Shown here: one piece after another, positions 39,414 to 51,140 of the stretch
Layout of the letters: each line of letters opens with the position of its first letter
Position numbering within the stretch: the first letter of the stretch is position 1
NCBI RefSeq assembly: GCF_006345805.1
Contig: NC_043010.1
Span: 620,001-684,000, forward strand
Source: Octopus sinensis
Taxonomy: Eukaryota
Direction of reading: 5' to 3'
DNA length: 64,000 nt
Program-made: the position numbers and the translations under genes
Notes under the pieces: generated by a model
Told to the model about the DNA's origin: nothing
Databases searched by the model: none
Seen by the model: the letters and a program-made list of their open reading frames with translations, nothing else

Positions 39414-39415
39414 TT
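37760..39415. repeat. ~1.6-kb (GAT)n microsatellite with higher-order substructure
   Basis: Direct reading. Confidence 0.98.
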
Positions 39416-40204
39416 TATTTCGCCTTAGTTTCTTCAGATTGACAAACACTTAAATTGTTCCCCGTTTTTGCCACACCATTACAAGCTCGCTCCTTCGACG
39501 TTATTTGTTAACGATTAGACTAGCTTCTATATCTCACATTTCTATAGCTTCCAAATCAATGGCAAATATGTACGTGTGTTTGTGCGTGTGTGCGTATGTA
39601 TGTGTGTGTGTCTGTGTACAGTGGAGTATGGCGATTAGTAAAACATAGATTGGATGTCGACTGGCCAATGAACACATTATTAGAGGCTCGGAAAGTAAAT
39701 TGAAACCTATTAACTCAAATTTGATAACGCTAATGAATATAATAATGATGTCTTACTTTGGCACGATACCACAGATTCCTGGGAGAAGGAGGAGAGCTGG
39801 TGGGGCTCATTTGTATAGAAACTCAACCACTAATGGCCACAATTTCAATAGTTGTTTATTTTATGGAGCCCTAGGAGAATGAATAGCTACACTGACATCG
39901 ACTGGTTTCGAACGATTAACGTACATATATGGATGTAGCAAAATTCCTTAATGTTATTTTTTCCCGACGTTTTATCAGTTCTGTTATTCTTACTGTAAAC
40001 CTATTATAATGAAGCTAATGTAGGTGTCTGCCTGTAACGTCACATAAGTAGCTAAAACGCCGAAAGTTTGATGAATGCAATGAACGAAAGTTTTAGCTTT
40101 GACTTGATTTGGTCACTTTACAGCAGAATAAAATAAAATATATTCTGTGTGTTTGTCTATTTGTCTCTCCCTCTCTCCGTACATGCGTGCATTTAGCTAT
40201 CTAT

Positions 40205-40365
40205 GCATTGTTCGAAATGAAGAGTAGATAGACAGCCGACAACTGATGAAGGGCCCTTTCTCTGTATTTGCTTGTCCTGTTTTCCATTTTTTCTTGATGT
40301 TTACTTATTTAACTTGCTTGTTTATGTAATTCATGTTTTTTCCACCGTTGGTGACGTCCTGTACC
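40205..40365 (+). mobile_element. 3' part of the repeat family at 12330-12822
   Basis: cgaaatgaagagtagatagacagccgacaactgatgaaggg ... gtcctgtacctatatatg. Confidence 0.5.
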
Positions 40366-40411
40366 TATATATGCATGTATATATGTATTATATTATTTAC
40401 TATTTATATAT

Positions 40412-40799
40412 AGCATAATTAAATCTCAGAATGAGATTGAAACAGTAATCGCTCGATAATGTAAAGTATAGAAGCCATCTTATCATGGCTAACCACATTG
40501 GGGAGGGGGTGTTACTGTAGCTTTATAGCCCCAAGAGATCTTCGTCTCTAGCTGGCTCTAAACACAATATCTGCGTCTTTGGAGTATTTGACGAGGGACA
40601 ACCATCCCGAAACTAGTTCGAGCGTATCACTCAGGCTTGCGAGGAAGGGATGGCCTCCCTTTGCAAATACTCCAAAGACACAGATATTGTGTTTAGAGCC
40701 AGCTAGAGACGAAGATCTCTTGGGGCTATAAAGCTACAGTAACACCCCCCTCCCCAATGTGGCTAGCCATGATAAGATGGCTTCTATACTTTACATTAT
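40412..40799 (+). mobile_element. Fold-back element with a hammerhead-like core at the hairpin centre (Penelope-like/retrozyme-type)
   Basis: Arms 40456-40590 and 40664-40799 (2 mismatches, 1 indel). Core TTGACGA-GGGA..TCCC-GAAA-CTAGTT at 40588-40618. Confidence 0.75.
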
Positions 40800-41080
40800 T
40801 TATATATAAAATTTCGTCTAGTAACGTAATGTTAAAAGTATGTACTGTAAGTGCTTGGTTTAGTTTACTACTAATAACCCGGCTCGTACTGCGATTGAAA
40901 CAAAAGCAGTACTGAAGCTGCCTATGAAAGATACCTATAAGTGGTTCAACATTGAGAAGGTATATATATATATATATGTGCGTGTGTGTGCGCGCGTGTG
41001 TGTAGTGTGTGTGCTTGTGTGCGCGCGCGCGCGCGTGCTTACGTATATATAATATATATATATGCATGTATGTATGGATG

Positions 41081-41121
<41 letters not shown>

Positions 41122-41153
41122 ATATATATATATATATCTATATCTATATCTAC

Positions 41154-41197
<44 letters not shown>

Positions 41198-41224
41198 ATA
41201 TATATATATATATATATCAGATGT

Positions 41225-41485
41225 TGCTACACATCGCTGGTGACAATGCGCTTCGCATTGTTTTAGCCTTCATTGACGACACCCCGCTGGCTAAGCGAGC
41301 AGGCCAACAGAAGAAAGAGTGAGAGAAAGTTGTGGTGAAAGAGTACAGCAGGGATCAACCCCTCCCCCCTGTGGGAGCCTCGTGGAGCTTTAGGTGTTTT
41401 CGCTCAATAAACACTCACAACGCCCGGTCTGGGAAACGAAACCGCGAGTCCGCTGCCCTAACCACAGGGCCATTGCACCTCCAAT
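41225..41485 (-). mobile_element. SINE with a family-C-like head and a different tail
   Basis: tRNA-like head and core-like block on the minus strand. Confidence 0.6.
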
Positions 41486-41486
41486 T

Positions 41487-41546
<60 letters not shown>

Positions 41547-42056
41547 TGTATGTATGTATGTATGTATGTATGTATTTATGTATGTGTATATGTATGCATG
41601 CTTTAAAGTGCTTCTAGCCACCTTAATTATTTTACACACACTTACTAACATATTGCGCGGCTATATATTGTGAGAGTTATAATGTCAGTCCAGGAACCAG
41701 TCCCCATGAGTCCAAATACTTGACTGTATGTTGCAAAATTGTCTTTGCCCGTTAACACGCAGACGGTTGATTTCTGTAGTTATTGTCAGTGTTCTTTCGG
41801 TGATTTAAATATGAGTTTTGACAGTTATTTCCAGCAGATAGACATACCTAGTATGTCCTTTGATTAATTTTAATCCTTCAACCATTTAATGCTTTTTGAG
41901 CCTGCAATCGCCTATATTATTGATTCTGTTATTATCATTTTAAAATTGTTACACTAGATAATAACAGAGTCAATGATATCTTCGCAAATACTTTCTCCTG
42001 TATTATTTGCTCCGTATTGAAATTATATATATATTTTATATATATATATACATACA

Positions 42057-42122
<66 letters not shown>

Positions 42123-42130
42123 CAGATAGG

Positions 42131-42207
<77 letters not shown>

Positions 42208-43256
42208 CGAGGGAGAGAGAATGAGAGCGAGAAGGAGGGAGCGAGAGAAAAAGAGAAAGAGACACACACACACACACACACCAAACAGACAGACAGGTAG
42301 AGAGAGTCAACAGATGAGATCCAGTGATGCTCATTATAGAAAACATTTAATAGCACTCAAATGATTTGAACTTACACTCCGAAATCTTTACCACGTGGTA
42401 AAGAATGGCTATAAGAGAAGTCCAGGTGAGCAGATATGGAGGTATGATACAAATAAACAAATAAAACCGCTTGGGCTAGATATACAAAATATACATTCAT
42501 TTATACAAGTAAATAGAGAGAATACAAAGACTGAAATATTCAGACGATGAACACTCATGTATAAATATATAAATATTTATATATTAACAGAGCGAATTTA
42601 CGTAAGTACAAAGACAGAAAAAAGCTAAATGGAGAAGTTATGGCATTACAGGTCCGACAGCTGTTTCCGTGAGCTCGGAATTACATCATAATGTTGGCAG
42701 ATGTAGTTTGAACAAAGTCAAGGATATGCGTCTAGTAGTGGAAGCATATAAACATTAGGTAAATCCAGCTTCCGGGTGAAGAGATAGGTATCGAACCCTA
42801 ATAGGTACAAAACAAAGGTCGTAAAGATAGTACTGGGATACTAAAGACAGAGTAAAAAATATGATTTTATCAAAACTAAAGAGTTTCATAAGCCGTTACT
42901 CCGAGTTTTAATTACCCGATGATACTTTGATGATCGACTACGTGAAACTCGGAGTAGTTGTTTGTGAAGTTTTAACTTCTATGAAACCTTATATACGTTT
43001 AAATATATGGTACTTTTGTGCACGTGTTTAAGCACACACACTCACACAGATAGATACACATATATGTATTTATATATTTATACATGTATGTATATAAATG
43101 ATTCCTATATATGTTTATGTGCTAATATATATTAATGTATATATGTATATATATATATATATATATGTGTGAGTGTGTGGTGTGTGTGTATGAATATGGC
43201 TATACATAAACAATACACATAAATTTATGTATGTATGTATGTATGTATTATGTATG

Positions 43257-43313
<57 letters not shown>

Positions 43314-44344
43314 CATTAAGTATAAATAATAGAGGTTTAAAGTTCTTTATAATCCCCGTATATCGCCAAGCTTACCAACCGCCCTCCGCACCCCCCATAC
43401 CTTCCTCTATCTACCTGAACGACAGTAACCTCTACCTGATATGCTAGGTTATCTTATAGTTGACATAATCTTTAAGCCGGCCGCCATTAATTTTGTAGGC
43501 TTTTCTTTTTATTTTCTTCTCTTTTCTTCTCTTTTCTCTTCTCTTTCTGTTTTAATAGCCAGCTTTATAATCTTTCTTAGTTTATCTTCTCTTGTCTTGT
43601 AAATTCTTGCTAACATACATTCTGAAAATGTCATTTTTGCAAGACATTTTCCTTTTAATGATTCGTAGAAATAAAATTCGGATTAGCGTTCCAAAGCTGT
43701 TCATCTCAAATAGCAAGAATAAGAGACATTTATTGTTCCTCGGGCTAAAATTGTTTCTGTTTTTGTTGCTGTTGCTTTTGTTATTGCCTTTGTTGTTGTT
43801 TAGCCCCAGGTCAGTCCTGTTTGAAAAATCTTATAACCAAAAGCATTCCATCCGTGATCATTCCGCCTTATTTTCAAGCATAATGGGTTGTATCGACTTA
43901 TCTACGACCATATCAAACATGTCTACTTCATTTGGAAGACGCGTGATTTGCGCGAGATTTGGCTGCTATTTCTGGCAGATCGTATGTCCACCTAGATGTT
44001 GCAACTGCTTATAGCTAACCTCGGGAATGATATTAAATTCTTCTGACAACTCTACTACATGATGCATTGTCGATAACTTTGTCATAAGTTATCGTAGAAA
44101 GGTTACGAAAAGGTTTAATTTAGGTGACTTTTATTTTATGTCTAAGGGTAACATATGGAGACAAGATGTGGGTTGTAAAGGTTTATACCAACATAAATAC
44201 ACAAACAAAAACGGCTTAAATTAGCTAATGACAGTAATATTGTTGCCAGTTGTTGTCAATATGTGGGTTGTCAAGGTCTATATCAACACATATATAAGAA
44301 AAAAACTGCTTTAAATTACACAATGACAATAATATTGGTGTTAT

Positions 44345-44565
44345 CGTCAAGATGGTCAGCTGGCAGAATCATTAGCATGCCGAATAAACTGCTTAGCCAT
44401 ATTTCATCCGTCTTTACGCTCTATCTTCCAATTCCACCAAGGTCGACTTTGCCTTTCATTCCTTTCGAGGTCGATAAAATAAGTACCATTTGAAAACGGG
44501 GATCAATGTAATCGATTTACCTCCTCCTCCGAAATTACTGGCCTTGTGCCAAAATTTGAAACCGA
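44345..44565 (+). mobile_element. Family-A SINE, monomer
   Basis: Head and core match. Confidence 0.8.
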
Positions 44566-44744
44566 TATTGGTTTCATCCTTATCGTCGTTGATGTTTTTG
44601 TTGTTGTAGCTGTTGCTATCAATCTTGAAGTCGGCCTAAAATCAAAGTTACAGTCTAGTCACGACAACCCCTTCTCTTAATTCTGATTTTTCTCTTTTTT
44701 TTTAATTATTTAATATTATATTTTCCATTTTCTCCTCTGGTTAC

Positions 44745-44875
44745 TCGGTTTCCATGGTGCATAAGTGGCCGAGATTACATTCTCCCTGAACGGAACGCCA
44801 GTTCCTCGCAAGCTTATTCACTTACAGCTGAGTGCACTGGAGCAACGTAAAAAGAAGCGTTTTGCTCAAAAACGT
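44745..44875 (-). mobile_element. Family-C SINE fragment
   Basis: Degenerate match. Confidence 0.6.
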
Positions 44876-44878
44876 ATG

Positions 44879-45052
44879 ACCTGCAAGGTCATGTGCCGCT
44901 TATCTTGACATAAGGTCACCATATCGCGCATATATAGTTGTAATGCATGTGTCTGATGTGCTCATATCAGACGGGTAGTCATGATGGGCACACTGGGTTT
45001 CCTAGATTTGTACAGAAGTGTCACTTTGATGGCGTGTCCTGCTCTATCACTC
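44879..45052 (+). mobile_element. (AAT)n-tailed retroposon, older copy
   Basis: acctgcaaggtcatg...ctatcactc-aataacaataat. Confidence 0.8.
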
Positions 45053-45064
45053 AATAACAATAAT

Positions 45065-45270
45065 GCTTTCAAATTTCGGCAGGAAACCAGCAATTTCAGC
45101 TGGCTTACGTCGATCACATCGACTCCACTGCTCAAAGGATACTTATTTTATCGATCCCGAAAGCATGAAAGGCAAAGTCGAGTTCGGCGAAATTTGAACT
45201 CAAAACATAAAGAGGGGAAAAGCGCCGCTAAATATTTTGCCCGGCATGCTAATGATTCTGCGAGGTCACC
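45065..45270 (-). mobile_element. Family-A SINE, monomer
   Basis: Reverse-complement match. Confidence 0.75.
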
Positions 45271-45276
45271 GTCATG

Positions 45277-45336
<60 letters not shown>

Positions 45337-45943
45337 ACATTGCGTAAACAGTAATTTGTTTGTTTTGCCTATAAATTTTTCTGAATTTTAAAAGAATACA
45401 CAAAAAACCCAACAAAATGGTAATGCTATTGTCAGGAATGAGGTAGAATCGAATCCCAGATTCGATTATCCCTGTGATAATCCCGATAACAAAGAGAAGA
45501 ACCGCGATTAAATTATGGTAAATGAATCGATTTTACTTATTATTTCACCTTGTAAACTGAAATAACAATGAGAAAGTGAGGAGGGAGTGTGAGGTGAGAT
45601 TGTTGACTGAGTGGTTTGTTTGTTGGTTGGTTGGTTTGGTTAGCTGGTTGGTGGTCAGTTCATTCGTTTCGTTTCGAAGTGATTCAGTTTGGTCAACTCA
45701 CTCACAATAATAATAAAGACCACGGCTCGATGCTCCTTTTCTCTTTCTCCCTCCGCTCTCTCCACACCCTCTCTCTCTCTCTCTCTCTCTCTCTTTGCTT
45801 CTTTCAGTCTCTCTTTCTCTACTGCAAACAAGAGTCGTTGGAGCGTTAGCGCGGGGCGGAGGGCGTGATGCTGATTTGAAGTGTGGCGGGAGAACCTATT
45901 AGTCGGCCATCTTTAAATATTATGTCTCTATCTTTCTCTCTCA

Positions 45944-46001
<58 letters not shown>

Positions 46002-46236
46002 TGCATATATACATATAAGGGCCACTATGTATTTCTCTCCCCACCTCTCTCTCACGATGGCCACTACCACCACCATCTCCACCACTACCAGCACCAACAC
46101 ACCCATTACCAAACAACCACCGCTACCACCACAACCATTTCCACCTCTACTACCACCATCAACACAGCCGTTACCACTACAACCGGCACCATTCTAAAGA
46201 CAGCACCAGCAACAAGAGCTGAATCAGCAGCAGCAG

Positions 46237-46345
<109 letters not shown>

Positions 46346-46454
46346 ATGGTGGTGGTAGTAGTAGTTTGATTATTATTATTAGTGGTGGTTGTGGTGTTGG
46401 TGGAGGTGGTGGTAGTGGTAATAACAGCGGTGGTGGTAATAATAGTGGTGGTGT

Positions 46455-46502
<48 letters not shown>

Positions 46503-46804
46503 CAGCAGTAGTCATTACTGTTGTTTCGTTGTTTAGCGCCATGACTAAAGATAATGCGAGTACTTATAACTAATATCCCCTCTTTCTCATCCTTATTTTC
46601 GTTCCTCTTCTTGCTCCATTCAACCCTTGTCTTTTTGCCCCCTTCTCCTCGCTCCCTCTTAATCTGCTCCTCATCATCCATTTCCCTTCCCCTTTTCCTT
46701 CTTCTTCTTCGTAATCTCTTCTTTCCTCCCTTTAATATCGACCTTCGCTCACCCTCTTCTCACGATCAGCGCCATATTAGATAAGAGATAGATCGATAGA
46801 TAGG

Positions 46805-46890
<86 letters not shown>

Positions 46891-47489
46891 AGTGATTGGC
46901 TGACAGGCTAGCTACAGAGGCCGGCTGGTTGGCTAGTTGGCTGGCTGAGTGACCGATTCTTTGTCGAAAACATTCCCAGCAGTCATTAGTGCCGTATCAA
47001 GCCGAGCGTGAAGGAAATCTCTAGAATCTACAAATTCATTTCATATAATGGACGTTCAGCGATTCATTAAATTTTTCTCTTTACATCTCATCAACTCCAC
47101 AAATTATCCAATTTTACCTGTACTGTTTTGTCTTAATTACTATTTCAGTTACAGAGAGCTTTTCTCAGTGATGGCTGTATAGGCTGTGTGTGTGTGTATG
47201 TATGTGTGTGTATGTATGCATATGAGGGTGTCTGGCAGTTAGTGTGTATATGTGTTTGTGTTAGTGTGTGAGCGCTTGTGGATCTCTCGTGTGTGTGTGT
47301 GTGTGTGTATGAGAGGAACAATGTTAGAGTAAATAAATATGGTTAGATTTATGGTGTGAAGGCTTAGGGCTAGGATTGGGAAAGGTTTCAGAATTAGGTT
47401 TGGGGTTGATTTTATATTATATCATCACCACCACCACCACCACCATATCCTCTTCGTCGTCGTCGTCCTCCTCCTCCTCTTCCTTAACA

Positions 47490-47640
47490 TCATCATCATT
47501 TAGCGTCCGTTTTCCCCGCTGGTATGGGTTGGGTGGTTTGACAGGAGCTGGCAAGCCAGAAGGGTGTATTGTCTGTTTTGGCAGGTTTCTACGGTTTGCT
47601 ACCCTTCTTAGTGCCAACCACTTTACAATGCATGGAAGCA
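47490..47640 (-). mobile_element. RTE-tail-like retroposon 3' fragment
   Basis: (CAT)n-TTAGCGTCCGTTT...GGTTTCTACGG..CCCTTC..GCCAACCAC resembles RTE-type 3' ends. Confidence 0.5.
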
Positions 47641-47911
47641 TGCATGTATGTAGGCATATATATATACATGTGTATGTATATTATATGTGTGTGTATAAGG
47701 ATAGACATACATATTTACATACGCACACACAGTCATAAACACACACGTGTGTGTATATTGCTGACGTCATAAGAATTTAGAAACTTCGATAACGTGAAAT
47801 AATTCTTTTTTGGAACGGTGAATCTTGAAGCAAATAGAGCTCCAAATAATAGCGTGTAAATACCGAGTTTAAAACAAACCTCTTAGGATAGAAAAACTAG
47901 AAAGCTGCGTT

Positions 47912-48545
47912 TGAGTTGGCAGAAACGTTAGCACGCCGGGCGAAATGCGTAGCCGTATTTCGTCTGCCGTTACGTTCTGAGTTCAAATTCCGCAAAGGTC
48001 GACTTTGCCTTTCATCCTTTCGGGGTCGATTAAATAAGTACCATCATCATCATCATTGTTCGACCGTGGTCGAGACAATGGAATTTACCATGCTACGCCA
48101 GACTTCACGGTCCATCATGGCATTACGGAGGTCCTGTTGCTGGATGCCTGTATCCCTGGAGTTACATCAGGGTAGGAGAGTGTGCGCCCTCTGGTATTGC
48201 GAGTAGATGGCTATTAAGTGCGTAACTGGTACTTATTATTATTTTTTTTTGGCTTCCAGAGGAGAAGAGTAGAAATTACTTCTCCTCTGGAAGCCAAAAA
48301 AAAAAAATAAATACCAGTTACGCACTGGGGTCGATGTAATCGACTTAATCCGTTCGTCTGTCCTTGCTTGTCCTCTCTGAGTTTAGCCTCTTCCGGGTAG
48401 TAAAGAAATAAGTATTTCGTCTGTCTTTACGTTGTGAGTTCAAATTCCGCCGAGGTCGACTTTGGTTTTCATCCTTTCGGGATCGATAAATTAAGTATCA
48501 GTTGCGTACTGGGGTCGATCTAATCGACTGGTCCCCTCCCCCATA
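47912..48545 (+). mobile_element. Family-A SINE, dimeric, interrupted by an RTE fragment and hairpin
   Basis: Matches 35690-36085 except for the insert at 48042-48310. Confidence 0.85.
48042..48210 (-). mobile_element. 3' end of an RTE/RTEX-like LINE with a (TGA)n tail, splitting a family-A SINE
   Basis: The minus strand reads RNTRGRTLSYPDV/SRDTGIQQQDLRNAMMDREVWRSMVNSIVSTTVEQ* (one 1-bp gap), then (TGA)n. Confidence 0.7.
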
Positions 48546-48825
48546 CTATTTTACGAGGCCGTGTGTCACGTGTAAACAAATAAATACAAGCGATTCACAT
48601 GTGACAAAAATCCATGTAAAATACTTGCTATAAAATCGTCTTACAGAAAGTGTCCTGCTTCTAGTGGACGTGGCCATTACAGAACCTGTTATTGTTGTTT
48701 AGCCCCAGGTTAGTTCTGATATAATAGACCAATGATGAAAACAATTTACCGCTGACCACACCGTCTTTTCATTAGAATCACTAAGATTACGTGAACTAAA
48801 GCACTTTTTTCTGATGATGGAAAAG

Positions 48826-48995
48826 GCGGTGAGGTGGCAGAATCTGTTGCGCGTTGGACGCAAATCCGAGCTCAGCTTTGCCTTTTATCTTTACGGGATC
48901 GATGGAATAAAGATCGGTCAGGTCCTGGGGTCAAACAAATAGACTTGCCCTCTCCTTTCAAAATTGCTGGCCTTGCGCCAAAATTTGAAAGGATT
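48826..48995 (+). mobile_element. Family-A SINE, degenerate
   Basis: Head and core match. Confidence 0.7.
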
Positions 48996-49209
48996 AGTTA
49001 AGTCGATGAAACAAATTTGGTTGCTGTTTCTTACAGGACATGCCAAATATACAACCCACTGCAATGTTTAGTTTGGACCGGACATTTTATCGCAAGTTTT
49101 TGAATTCATATATTAGATGTGACCTATTTCCCCTTCACTTTGCCTATACATTCTGAGGAAAACAGTTTGATTGATTGATTGATTCTAGTTTCAGCTCACG
49201 AGCTGTGGA

Positions 49210-49268
<59 letters not shown>

Positions 49269-49283
49269 TATTATTATTATTAA

Positions 49284-49332
<49 letters not shown>

Positions 49333-49624
49333 TTACAAATTTACCTATGTTTCCTTCAAATATTAATGATATTGAAAGGTTTTGCAAATGAAACAGTGTA
49401 AGCTTACTATCAAGTATTAATGTTCTCATGAAATGTACGCATTCAGTTGGACACTTTTTTATATTCTTTCTCTTTCTAACCACTAATTAGAATCCTTGTA
49501 GTTTGAGTTTTTCCCATATATCTCTGTGCACACACTTTATTACCTTGGCCTGCATTACTGATTTTAGTTTCTATAGAAAATAATTGTCTTTAGCTGTCCT
49601 GTGAAATCTAGTTTATGTTTCAAT

Positions 49625-50050
49625 CCGCCTTGCAAATTGACTTAATCCGTTTGTCTGTCCTTGTTTGTCCCCTCTGTGCTTAGCCCCTTGTGGGTAGTAA
49701 AGAAATAGGTATTTCGTCCGTATTCACGTTCTGAGTTTAAATTCTACCGAAGTCAACTTCGTCTTTCATTCTTACGGAGGTCGATAAAATAAGTAGCAGT
49801 TGAACTCTGGCATCGATGTAATCGACCTACCCTTCTTCTAAAATTGCTGGCCTTGTACCATAACTGGAAACCAATATGTGTATTATCATTAAGGTAGCGA
49901 GCTGACCTGGCAGAACCGTTAGCACGTCAGGCAAAATGACATTTCGTCCGTTTCTACGTTCTGAGTTCAAATTCTGCCCAGGTCGACCATATCTTTCATC
50001 CTTTCAGGGTCGATCAAATAAGAGGGGTTGTGGCAAAATTTGAAATCATT
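49625..50050 (+). mobile_element. Two adjacent family-A SINE pieces
   Basis: 49625-49870 (linker + second core) and 49890-50050 (monomer). Confidence 0.78.
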
Positions 50051-50530
50051 ATTTTCTCTATCATTGTTGGGTTAGTTGCTGCTGTTGTTTAACCCCAGGT
50101 CATCCCCGACTGGTCACCAGATTACTGTATTAGATGTTATATAGGTTGATCTTATCGTTGGTATTTCATTCGGAATTAAGTTAGAATTGCTCTCATTTTC
50201 TCTCGTCATAAATTGTTTTTGTTGCTGTTGTTGTGGTTATAGATCGATATAGATAGTTAGATTGGTAGATCGATAAAAGGATAGATCGATAAGAATATAA
50301 AGAGCGAGCCACAAAATGCATGGCAGTTTTAAAAAGAAAAAGAATCAATGAATTTGTTTCTGTAATAAATACAATTAGCAAATAATTTATTGGATTAAAA
50401 AAAAAAGAACTCCGACGCAAATTACGCCGCCACACACACATACACACACACACTTGCTCGCACAAGTACGTAAGTTTAAACACACACACGTAGACGTGTG
50501 TGTGTGTATATATATATTTATACATACAAA

Positions 50531-50565
<35 letters not shown>

Positions 50566-50631
50566 ATAATAATAATAATAATGATGATGATGATGATGAT
50601 AATAATAATGATGATGATGATGATTATGATG

Positions 50632-50666
<35 letters not shown>

Positions 50667-50681
50667 TATAAAAATAATAAC

Positions 50682-50733
<52 letters not shown>

Positions 50734-51020
50734 CTGTGAATAGAATTTTCAATCGAATTCAAAACGTTCTAGGAATAACTGACTTAGCAAAAGACCTCTA
50801 TAAACTAAAATACCCTGAGAATATTATGTATATGTACGTATACACACACACGCGTACACGCGCGCGCACATACATGAATTTACGTAATGTTATCTTAATA
50901 TGTTATGCAATAGACTACATATTTTGGGAATAAGCCGCACTATGTAGCTATGTTTAGAACTATACATTCGTTCTTGCTTACTATATCTGTCAATCTATCT
51001 ATCTATCTATCTATCTATCG

Positions 51021-51062
<42 letters not shown>

Positions 51063-51078
51063 GTCTTTCTATCTGTTC

Positions 51079-51140
<62 letters not shown>

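Noticed and set aside
45835-45910. GC-box/CpG patch as a promoter
   Set aside because: Too short, with no linked exon or other supporting evidence.
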